Shown here piece by piece: positions 6,551 to 12,904 of a DNA stretch of 24,000 nt. The stretch lies in the NCBI GenBank assembly GCA_964560175.1, contig CAZLKQ010000004.1, forward strand, positions 8,019 through 32,018. The letters are read 5' to 3'. Within the stretch, counting starts at the first letter, position 1; every line of letters starts with the position of its first letter. The notes beneath the pieces were generated by a model that was not told the origin of the DNA, ran no database searches, and saw only the letters and a program-made list of their open reading frames with translations. A program made the position numbers and the translations under genes. The stretch is from an uncultured Candidatus Saccharibacteria bacterium (GTDB lineage Bacteria; Patescibacteriota; Saccharimonadia; Saccharimonadales; CAZLKQ01).

Positions 6551-7840
6551 TTAGACTTTCTTGCCATTGTTCTTACGGATTCTGTTCTCATACTTTTTCC
6601 TTGCTCCGGCAAGCAAAGTTGCTCCGGCCAAGGCTATACCAAATATCGGATCGAAGGACTGTTGTTCAGCAGGAGCCTCAGCGGCTGCGGCAGTCGCACA
6701 ATATTCAGCAGTACAGTCTGTCTGGGGAGCTGTAGTGGATGTCGAGGAAGTGCCTTGAGCAGTAGTTTGAGTTGTACTTGGATTCGCTTCTTTCTCAGTA
6801 GTAGATGTGGTTGGGTTAGGAGGCGTATTAGTAGCAGGCGGAGCCGGTACAGTAGTAGTAATTTCGCCTGGAGGATTGGTACCAGGAGTACGGGTCGTAG
6901 TGGTCTCTTCTGGAGCCGGTACAGTAGTAGTAATTTCGCCTGGAGGATTGGTACCAGGAGTACGGGTCGTACTGGTGCTTTCTTCAGGAATAGTTGTGGT
7001 TCCTTCTGGAACAGTAGTTTCAGTAGGCTGGTCGGGCCGGTTAGGAGTTTGCATATTGTCACAAGCCCATTTTGCCATCAGGACAGCTGGTCCAGTAGTG
7101 CCATCAGCAAATTCCACTTGAACAGTCACGAATTCTGAAGCTGGGATTACCGTATTTGGCTTACCGTTTTTATAGGTGACTACAGCATTGCCATTGTCAT
7201 CGAAGCTGACGGTGAACTCTTTGTCATCTGAGTGAAGCACGATTACTGGTTCGCCGACTGGCAAAGGTAGCTCATTGGCATCGGTGTCTTCGATTACCCA
7301 ATCGCCAGGATTCTCTTTTTTAATCCGAGGACATGCCCAGTTATTCGGATCAACTATCTCGGTAGTTTTAGCGACTGAGCCTATATCAACCCATCCTTGC
7401 ATTATTTCGGCATTGGTAGCTCCAATCTTGTCTAGATTGGCTAGTACATTTAATTGACCAGGGGCATTTTCACCAATCCAAATAACACGTTCGGTGGCGA
7501 GATCTGCATTGGCTGGGTTAGTAAATAATTCCGTACGAAGTTCTTGGTAATCCGCTTCTGGATCAGTTGAGCTGGCATAAGCAGCTATTGCTTCTGCGCT
7601 AGTTTTGAATATACCACAGCCACCGGCATCAAATGAAAGCGGGGCCTCTTGGTCGCCATTACCAGCGGGGTCTCCTTGGATATCACGTTTAGAATCAGGA
7701 GAACCAGTGGATCGGCTAACCAGAAAAACGCCACCACCAACTATTGCAGCGCCAACACCACTAGAGACAACAATCCTACTCTTATCTAAAGAGTCTGGTG
7801 TGTCATGATAAAAATTTGAAACACCTTCTCGTAAACTCAC
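6551..7840 (-). CDS. Thr/Pro-rich surface protein with an N-terminal membrane anchor/signal and a non-LPXTG C-terminal hydrophobic-basic tail
   Basis: 429 aa with a GTG start (rc of CAC 7838-7840) and SD GGGAG 8-9 nt upstream. An N-terminal TM segment (VGAAIVGGGVFLV) precedes a globular region with two WAC motifs. A 24-aa tandem repeat is TTRTPGTNPPGEITTTVPAP... x2. The C-terminus is FDPIFGIALAGATLLAGARKKYENRIRKNNGKKV. Confidence 0.75.
   Translation of the reverse strand: MSLREGVSNFYHDTPDSLDKSRIVVSSGVGAAIVGGGVFLVSRSTGSPDSKRDIQGDPAGNGDQEAPLSFDAGGCGIFKTSAEAIAAYASSTDPEADYQELRTELFTNPANADLATERVIWIGENAPGQLNVLANLDKIGATNAEIMQGWVDIGSVAKTTEIVDPNNWACPRIKKENPGDWVIEDTDANELPLPVGEPVIVLHSDDKEFTVSFDDNGNAVVTYKNGKPNTVIPASEFVTVQVEFADGTTGPAVLMAKWACDNMQTPNRPDQPTETTVPEGTTTIPEESTSTTRTPGTNPPGEITTTVPAPEETTTTRTPGTNPPGEITTTVPAPPATNTPPNPTTSTTEKEANPSTTQTTAQGTSSTSTTAPQTDCTAEYCATAAAAEAPAEQQSFDPIFGIALAGATLLAGARKKYENRIRKNNGKKV
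6840..6983. repeat. 72-bp tandem duplication (2 units) inside the Thr/Pro-rich surface protein gene
   Basis: 6840-6899 is identical to 6912-6971 (60/60 by eye). The remaining 12 nt of each unit match 8/12. The period of 72 nt equals 24 codons, so the repeat is in frame. Confidence 0.9.
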
Positions 7841-7871
7841 GTATAATTCTCCCTAAACTTTACTAAACATC

Positions 7872-7900
7872 AATTTACCAGAATATTGTAAATATGTCAA
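7872..7900 (-). promoter_or_regulatory. sigma70-type promoter TTGACA-N17-TAAATT for the surface-protein operon
   Basis: On the minus strand, TTGACA is the rc of 7895-7900 and TAAATT is the rc of 7872-7877, with a 17-nt spacer. It lies about 30 nt upstream of the GTG start and its SD. Confidence 0.55.
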
Positions 7901-8003
7901 GTACTTTTGTTAATAATAGTTACTTTATGCAACTAGTTTGTGTCTTTACATCTGATTGTGCAGCAATATTTTAACGTTTGCAAGCATGTGCATTATCTAT
8001 AAT

Positions 8004-8160
8004 CACGACTCTTCCACTTTTCCATCGCCCCAATTCGTACCTGAACGGCTGCAAACTTTTACTCCTCATTCAACGTAACTATGGTTATGCCTCACTCGGA
8101 TTAAAAGTATTCGCTCGTTCATGTACACCCTGTCATCAATGGCTAAGTGGAAGAGGCGTG
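8004..8160. repeat. long-range inverted repeat upstream of umuD (possible degenerate member of the heptad-palindrome family)
   Basis: CACGACTCTTCCACTT (8004-8019) matches the reverse complement of AAGTGGAAGAGGCGTG (8145-8160) at 15/16. The arm-proximal sequences (CCAC/CCAT/CCCA on the left, ATGG/GTGG/GAGG on the right) resemble the family units, but with irregular 6-8 nt spacing. Confidence 0.45.
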
Positions 8161-8166
8161 ATGGAC

Positions 8167-8172
8167 TAATAT
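8167..8172 (+). promoter_or_regulatory. -10 box TAATAT, 6 nt upstream of umuD ATG 8179 (leaderless-type)
   Basis: Read directly. There is no SD upstream of umuD. Confidence 0.4.
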
Positions 8173-8178
8173 GTTTGT

Positions 8179-8580
8179 ATGAGTAAATTGTCTAAATTGG
8201 TTTTGACACCGGTCCACGCCGGCTTTCCCAATCCAGCGGCTGATGCCAGCGATACCCCGCTCGATCTAAATCGCTTAGTCGTCAGCCATCCAGCCGCGAC
8301 TTTTTATATGCGGGTCGAAGGCCGGTCAATGGAAGGAGCCGGCATACTGGACGGAGACCTGGTGGCGATCGACAAATCACTCGAACCGGGTCACGGCGAT
8401 ATCGTGGTGGCATATATAGACAGCGCTTTTACGCTCAAAAGGTTTGAGAAAAGAAACGGCAAAGCCCTACTGGTAGCTGAAAATCCCGAGTTTGAACCGA
8501 TCGAACCTCAAGGCGAAGATGATGCTATTTGGGGCGTAGTTATCGCCGTCATCCGCCAACTCCGCACCACTCAGCCCTAA
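8179..8580 (+). CDS. umuD: UmuD-like S24 self-cleaving peptidase (translesion polymerase accessory subunit)
   Basis: 133 aa with no N-terminal HTH domain. It has an AGFPNPA cleavage-site region (Ala-Gly), the nucleophile Ser in VEGRSM, GDLVAID, and the general-base Lys in FTLKRF. A umuC homologue lies downstream. Confidence 0.85.
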   Translation: MSKLSKLVLTPVHAGFPNPAADASDTPLDLNRLVVSHPAATFYMRVEGRSMEGAGILDGDLVAIDKSLEPGHGDIVVAYIDSAFTLKRFEKRNGKALLVAENPEFEPIEPQGEDDAIWGVVIAVIRQLRTTQP

Positions 8581-8585
8581 GGCAT

Positions 8586-8703
8586 CGTTCATTTGCCATT
8601 AGCCATTTACCGTTTTCCGTGCGTTTTCCGTTATCCATTCTCCATGGCAAACGGCTTATGGATAATGTGTGGTGAATGGTAAACGGTGAACGGACAATGA
8701 ATT
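8586..8703. repeat. heptad-built imperfect palindrome, copy B (apex CCATGG 8642-8647)
   Basis: C(A/G)T(T/G) cores sit at 8590, 8597, 8604, 8611, 8618, 8622, 8629, 8636 and 8643. The mirrored AATGG/AACGG units are in the right arm. Hand count in ungapped register: 35 Watson-Crick plus 8 G:T of 55 positions. Confidence 0.85.
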
Positions 8704-8728
8704 TAGCTACAAGGACGACCCTAATGTG

Positions 8729-8734
8729 TATAAT
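8729..8734 (+). promoter_or_regulatory. -10 box TATAAT, 6 nt upstream of ATG 8741 (leaderless-type)
   Basis: Consensus hexamer read directly. It argues that the transposase starts at ATG 8741 (MPSRF...) rather than at the ORF-track ATG 8726, which lies just upstream of the hexamer. Confidence 0.5.
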
Positions 8735-8740
8735 ACGCTT

Positions 8741-9355
8741 ATGCCTAGTCGCTTTGTGGTCAAGCACTACTCTCCGAAGTCTTATTATCACATCTATAGC
8801 CGTGGGCTGGGCGGCGGGGATCTGTTTCGAGATGAGACGGATTTTGTGGCTCTGACCGACATCTTGAAACGCTATTTGGGCCGCAAGCAGCTGCGTGACC
8901 CTTCTCGGCGGGCCTACAAGCACTATCGGGACCAGATCGATCTGGTGGCTTACTGTCTGATGTCGAACCATTTACATCTGTTGCTCTACCAAAAAGATGA
9001 AAAAGCCACTATCGACTTTATGCGCTCCCTTCTGACTAGTTACGCTATGTACTTCAATCTGCGCCACAAGCACCGGGGAAATATCTTCCACGGGCGTTAC
9101 CGGGCTTCCAATATCAAAAATAAGGACGATCTGACCGCTGTTAGCCGCTACATCCATCTGACGCCGATCGATTATGGAGCTTATCCACACTCCTCCTATT
9201 CGATCTTCACTGGAGCCCAAAAGGCCGATTGGCTGGCTCCACAACACGTTCTAAAGGTTTTCAAGGACGGACCTAGTTATAGCAGCTATGTAGGTGATTA
9301 CTCGGATTACAAGCGCTCAATCGACGGACTCAAACCAAATCTAGCTAATCGCTAG
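8741..9355 (+). CDS. HUH/Y1 single-strand DNA transposase of the IS200-like (Y1_Tnp) superfamily, RayT/TnpA-REP-like
   Basis: 204 aa (209 aa if started at 8726). Motifs: YHIYSRG, HUH in CLMSNHLHLLL, and the catalytic Tyr in VSRYIHLTPIDYG. The length and C-terminal extension fit REP-associated tyrosine transposases better than ~150-aa IS200 TnpA. No tnpB is present. Confidence 0.8.
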   Translation: MPSRFVVKHYSPKSYYHIYSRGLGGGDLFRDETDFVALTDILKRYLGRKQLRDPSRRAYKHYRDQIDLVAYCLMSNHLHLLLYQKDEKATIDFMRSLLTSYAMYFNLRHKHRGNIFHGRYRASNIKNKDDLTAVSRYIHLTPIDYGAYPHSSYSIFTGAQKADWLAPQHVLKVFKDGPSYSSYVGDYSDYKRSIDGLKPNLANR

Positions 9356-9395
9356 CTAGAAATTAGTAGTTAGGAATTAGAAACTAGTAAAATAA
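9353..9395 (+). repeat. TAG heptad array E3 starting at the transposase stop codon
   Basis: TAG at 9353 (the real stop), then at 9357, 9364, 9371, 9378 and 9385, the last five in exact 7-nt phase. Extra TAG at 9367 and TAA at 9388. Confidence 0.45.
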
Positions 9396-9417
9396 TATTG
9401 GTAGAAGGAGGTCTGGA

Positions 9418-10674
9418 ATGTATGCGGCGGTAGATTGTAATAGCTTTTTTGTCTCTTGTGAGCGGGTTTTCCGGCCTGATCTAGAAGGCCGCCCGGTAGT
9501 CGTATTGTCCAACAATGACGGCTGCGTGGTAGCCAGATCACCAGAGGCCAAAGCCCTGAGTATTCCCATGGGCGCGCCATTTTTCAAATACCGGGATATT
9601 CTAGAAAGCGCTAAAACAGAGGTGTTTTCAGCCAATTTTAGCCTGTATGGGGATATTTCCCAACGGATCATGTCGATTATGTCAGCTACTGGCGCGGCTA
9701 TCGAGCCATATTCGGTTGACGAGGCGTTTATCAGATTGAAGGATCTACATATTGATAATAAAACAGATTGGGCGCTCGATCTGCGTCAAAAAATTCTAAG
9801 CTGGACCGGCGTGCCGGTGTCGATCGGTCTCGGACCCAGCAAGACTCTAGCCAAAGCCGGCACTCAGTTGGCCAAACGGCTACCAGCCAGCGGCGGTGTA
9901 GTCGATCTATCCATGTCAAGGACAGTCCTTGACAGTTTGCCGGTGGAGGACGTCTGGGGTTTCGGCCGGCGATTAAGTCCTAGATTACATTCTATAGGTG
10001 TGCAAACGGCGGCTGATGCCACTAAGCTATCTGATGCCTGGATGCGGAGTTTGGCTGGCATCAGTGGTGAGCGGGTCATCCGGGAGCTCAGGGGCGAGGA
10101 TATTTTCGGTTGGAATGTAACTTACAATGAACCGCCTCAGCAGACTCTAGCGGCCACCCGCAGTTTCGGCCAGCCGATCACCGATGTAAACGTCGTCAAG
10201 GCTGCTGTGGCCAATTTCGTGGTCCGGGCGTCTTATAGATTGCGCCACCACAAAAAGCTCGCCAGAAGCCTCCAAGTGTTTCTGCAGGCCGGTCCCCACA
10301 AGAGGGCCAGATACTTTTCCGCCAAAGGCCAGCTACCCTATTCCACAGCTGATACTGGGATCATCATGGAATTTGCCCAAAACTTAACAGATCAGGCATT
10401 GAAAAAAGGCCTGGATTACCGAAGGGCTGGCCTAGTTTTAACAGATCTGGTAGGACTTGAGGCCCAACAGTTGTCACTACTACACGAAAACAGCGAAGAA
10501 GATTTCGTGAAAAGGGAAAACCTCATGAACGCCCTGGATGGTATCAGGGATAAATTCGGTCCGGCTAGTTTAGGTTTTGCGGTTGAAGACAAGATCGCCT
10601 GGCACTCCAAACGCAGCCAAGTTAGCCCTGCCTACACCACCAGATGGTCCGACTTACCAGTCCTAAAAGTTTAG
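9418..10674 (+). CDS. umuC: Y-family translesion DNA polymerase, UmuC type (Pol V catalytic subunit)
   Basis: 418 aa. The N-terminus [41 protein letters not shown] is UmuC-like, and SVDEAF supplies the catalytic acidic residues. SD AAGGAGG lies upstream. A possible own -10 (TAATAT) is at 9393-9398. Confidence 0.9.
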   Translation: MYAAVDCNSFFVSCERVFRPDLEGRPVVVLSNNDGCVVARSPEAKALSIPMGAPFFKYRDILESAKTEVFSANFSLYGDISQRIMSIMSATGAAIEPYSVDEAFIRLKDLHIDNKTDWALDLRQKILSWTGVPVSIGLGPSKTLAKAGTQLAKRLPASGGVVDLSMSRTVLDSLPVEDVWGFGRRLSPRLHSIGVQTAADATKLSDAWMRSLAGISGERVIRELRGEDIFGWNVTYNEPPQQTLAATRSFGQPITDVNVVKAAVANFVVRASYRLRHHKKLARSLQVFLQAGPHKRARYFSAKGQLPYSTADTGIIMEFAQNLTDQALKKGLDYRRAGLVLTDLVGLEAQQLSLLHENSEEDFVKRENLMNALDGIRDKFGPASLGFAVEDKIAWHSKRSQVSPAYTTRWSDLPVLKV

Positions 10675-10685
10675 AACTGGTAAAT

Positions 10686-10748
10686 CCATTTTCCATTTAC
10701 AATTTTCCATTTTCCGTACGTTTTCCGGTATCCATTCCCCCATTAGCC
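10686..10748 (+). repeat. heptad repeat family, solo arm copy C (no CCATGG apex or right arm)
   Basis: 10707-10740 matches copy B 8610-8643 at 30/34 positions. It also matches the reverse complement of the copy A right arm at 27/34. Confidence 0.75.
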
Positions 10749-10790
10749 CAAAAACAACCTCAAAAACAACTATTACAACATATACTTCCT

Positions 10791-10815
10791 GTTTCCAGGT
10801 ACCGGCCCTGGAAAC
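10791..10815. other. 9-bp stem hairpin (GTTTCCAGG taccggc CCTGGAAAC) between convergent genes
   Basis: Perfect inverted repeat read directly. There is no U-tract on either strand, so a terminator function is uncertain. Confidence 0.35.
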
Positions 10816-10854
10816 AAATAGAAATTCTAAATTCTGAAATCAAATATCTACAAT

Positions 10855-11364
10855 TTAGGATTTGAAGTAGGAGCGAACTTGGAACAGGACGTACAGGCCG
10901 ATGAGCGAGCTAATGGCTTGAGTAACGATCCCAAATAAAGCGGCATTGGCTATGGCGTTTAAAACACCGAAAGCGAAGTTAAAAAGGGCCATATAGTAGC
11001 TGAGATTCCAACCGGCTTTTTTCAAAGCCTTGAGCTTTGGCACGGCCATTGCTCCGACTACAACTTCAGCGCCCAAAACTAGTAGTGCCAACCAAGCAAA
11101 GAGGAGATAGGAACCGCCGTAAGTAGCTGGAATTGCGGCTACCGTGCTAACAATACCCAGGACGCCTAGTAACGCAAAGAAAGCCAGGCCGCCCAAGATG
11201 ACAAATAGCAATTCAAAGATCCAAGCATAGGTGGCGATCCACTTGCGAGCATTTTCCGGCAACTGAAATGGAGCATTTTTGACTAACATGTCATTGAGCG
11301 TCCCCTCGAGCCCCTTGACACTAGCTTTGACAGTTTCAGTACCTACAGATTTATCATCGGCCAT
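10855..11364 (-). CDS. small integral membrane protein (about 4 TM), unknown function
   Basis: The ORF track gives 10855-11379. The second in-frame ATG (rc of 11362-11364, MADDKS...) has SD GGAGG 8 nt upstream, so the shorter 169-aa form is preferred. The C-terminal two thirds is hydrophobic. Confidence 0.6.
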   Translation of the reverse strand: MADDKSVGTETVKASVKGLEGTLNDMLVKNAPFQLPENARKWIATYAWIFELLFVILGGLAFFALLGVLGIVSTVAAIPATYGGSYLLFAWLALLVLGAEVVVGAMAVPKLKALKKAGWNLSYYMALFNFAFGVLNAIANAALFGIVTQAISSLIGLYVLFQVRSYFKS

Positions 11365-11391
11365 TGTCTGACCCTCCATTTAATTACCCTC

Positions 11392-11420
11392 TTTATACAC
11401 ACTATCCACCGATTGAGCAA
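11392..11420 (-). promoter_or_regulatory. candidate promoter TTGCTC-N17-TATAAA for the membrane-protein gene
   Basis: On the minus strand, the -35 is the rc of 11415-11420 and the -10 is the rc of 11392-11397, with a 17-nt spacer. Confidence 0.4.
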
Positions 11421-11441
11421 CAGATATACACATGGTAAAAT
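11413..11441 (+). promoter_or_regulatory. candidate promoter TTGAGC-N17-TAAAAT for tRNA-Glu
   Basis: -35 at 11413-11418 and -10 at 11436-11441, with a 17-nt spacer. The tRNA 5' end lies 10 nt downstream of the -10. Confidence 0.5.
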
Positions 11442-11451
11442 TGCCAAACAA

Positions 11452-11526
11452 GGTCCCATCGTCTAATGGTTAGGACACCAGGTTTTCATCCTGGCAATAG
11501 GAGTTCGATTCTCCTTGGGATCACCA
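11452..11526 (+). tRNA. tRNA-Glu (anticodon UUC), CCA encoded
   Basis: Cloverleaf folded by hand. Acceptor GGTCCCA/TGGGATC, D-stem GTCT/GGAC, anticodon stem CCAGG/CCTGG with loop TTTTCAT (anticodon TTC), T-stem AGGAG/CTCCT with loop TTCGATT, and a 3' ACCA. Confidence 0.93.
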
Positions 11527-11552
11527 CGTCAAAGCTCGACTTAAACCACCTG

Positions 11553-11581
11553 TTGTATCTGATCAATCAGATTGTTACAGT
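11553..11581 (+). promoter_or_regulatory. candidate promoter TTGTAT-N17-TACAGT with a 7-2-7 palindrome (ATCTGATcaATCAGAT, 11557-11572) in the spacer
   Basis: Read directly. It is positioned upstream of the small basic ORF and pgk. Both hexamers are weak. Confidence 0.3.
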
Positions 11582-11640
11582 AGAGTCAGAAGAATAAGCG
11601 AAATAGATTCGCTTTCAACAACAGCAATTAGGAGGGGAAT

Positions 11641-11697
11641 ATGGCCAAAGACAGAGGTCGCAAAGAGACCAAAAAACCAAAGCGCCCAAAGACTTAG
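11641..11697 (+). CDS. candidate 18-aa highly basic micro-protein (MAKDRGRKETKKPKRPKT)
   Basis: A perfect AGGAGG (11630-11635) lies 5 nt upstream of the ATG. This is the strongest SD I noticed in the window. The ORF ends 9 nt before the pgk start. It is too short to support statistically. Confidence 0.3.
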   Translation: MAKDRGRKETKKPKRPKT

Positions 11698-11706
11698 ATA
11701 TTCTAA

Positions 11707-12882
11707 ATGGCCTTCAACAAGCAAACAATCAAAGATATTGATATTGCCGGTAAGCGGGTTTTAGTCCGTGTCGACTATAACGTGCCACTAGGCAACAATG
11801 GCGAAATTCTCGACAATCTGAGGATAAAAGCCAGCCTGCCGACCCTAAACTATCTACTAGATAAAGGGTGTCGGTTAGTGTTGATGAGCCACCTGGGGCG
11901 TCCGGAGGGTAAAAAAGATTTGAAATTTAGCCTGCGCAACGTTGTGACAGCCCTGAGCAAGGAGTTAAAAAAATCAGTCGAATTTGTTGATGATTGTTTA
12001 AAACCGACTGATCCGAATGCCGAAATATCATTGCTCGAGAATGTCCGTTTTTATCCAGAGGAAGAGGCTAACGACAGTGATTTTGCCGCCAAACTAGCCA
12101 AAAATGGCGATGTATATGTCGATGACGCTTTTGGCGTGGTTCATCATCCCGGTGCTTCTCTAGTGGCGATTACCAAAATCTTACCATCGGTAGCTGGTTT
12201 ATTGTTGGAATCAGAAATTACGGCCATAACGACCGCAATAGACGACCCCGACCATCCGTTTGTGGCTGTTCTCGGCGGAGCCAAGATATCTGACAAAATC
12301 GAGCTAATAGACAATCTGATGAGCAAGGTCGACCGCTTGCTGGTCGGCGGGGCCATGGCCAACACTTTTCTGGCTGCCAAGGGATTGGCGATAGGTAAAA
12401 GCAAGTTTGAACCTGACGATATCGATGTGGCCCAACGAATTATGGAGTCAGCAGGTGACAAAAAAGTCGAGATTTTCTTGCCAGATATCGATACGGTTGT
12501 CGGAAGCACATTGACACCCGAAGAGCCGCGCAGGATCGTCTATATGGGGGCAGTCAAACCCACTGAACTAATCCTGGATATTGGTCCGGAAAGTCTGGCT
12601 AAATTTGAAAATGCCATCAAAGATGCCAAGACTATCATCTGGAATGGTACCTTGGGTATGACCGAACTGCCCCAATTTGCCGTCGGCAGCCAACAATTCG
12701 CCCTAGAGCTAGCTGCTAGAAAAGCTACCATAATAATAGGAGGGGGTGATACCTCTGGCTTTATTCATCACATCGGTATGGCTGACAAATTTACTCTCGT
12801 ATCAACCGGCGGCGGAGTCGCCCTGGAGCTAATGGCTGGTAAAAAACTAGAAGCTGTCGAAGCCCTCCCAGATAAAGCTTAA
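11707..12882 (+). CDS. pgk: phosphoglycerate kinase
   Basis: 391 aa. N-terminal KRVLVRVDYNVPL, MSHLGRPEG, and C-terminal IIGGGDTSGF. The length is typical. Confidence 0.95.
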   Translation: MAFNKQTIKDIDIAGKRVLVRVDYNVPLGNNGEILDNLRIKASLPTLNYLLDKGCRLVLMSHLGRPEGKKDLKFSLRNVVTALSKELKKSVEFVDDCLKPTDPNAEISLLENVRFYPEEEANDSDFAAKLAKNGDVYVDDAFGVVHHPGASLVAITKILPSVAGLLLESEITAITTAIDDPDHPFVAVLGGAKISDKIELIDNLMSKVDRLLVGGAMANTFLAAKGLAIGKSKFEPDDIDVAQRIMESAGDKKVEIFLPDIDTVVGSTLTPEEPRRIVYMGAVKPTELILDIGPESLAKFENAIKDAKTIIWNGTLGMTELPQFAVGSQQFALELAARKATIIIGGGDTSGFIHHIGMADKFTLVSTGGGVALELMAGKKLEAVEALPDKA

Positions 12883-12904
12883 GTGTTATAATTGCAGGCA
12901 GTTT

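Noticed and set aside
6634-7138. Three long ORFs in other frames/strands (6634-7062 -, 6662-7138 +, 6807-7121 +) across the Thr/Pro-rich repeat region
   Set aside because: They are artefacts of low-complexity, repeat-containing sequence. Their products are monotonous (L/R/S-rich or G/V-rich). They lie entirely inside the well-supported 6551-7840 gene, which has a promoter, an SD and signal/anchor features.
7978-8169. 63-aa ORF in the umuD upstream region
   Set aside because: It has a non-ATG start as drawn, no SD and no -10 at the leaderless distance. Its composition is unremarkable, and it spans the inverted-repeat arms. The region is more likely non-coding.
7841-8178. Canonical LexA/SOS boxes upstream of umuD
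   Set aside because: By-eye scanning found no CTGT-N8-ACAG and no GAAC-N4-GTTC/CGAAC-type palindrome. GAAC at 8044 and GTTC near 8117 are not partnered. Absence is reported only as a negative by-eye result.
8549-8971. 140-aa minus-strand ORF overlapping the umuD 3' end, palindrome B and the transposase 5' half
   Set aside because: It is antisense to two well-supported genes and runs through a repeat element. I saw no translation signals.
10644-10865. 73-aa + strand ORF running through repeat copy C and the hairpin
   Set aside because: It is an open frame created by stop-poor pyrimidine-rich heptads. It starts inside the umuC 3' end and has no initiation signals.
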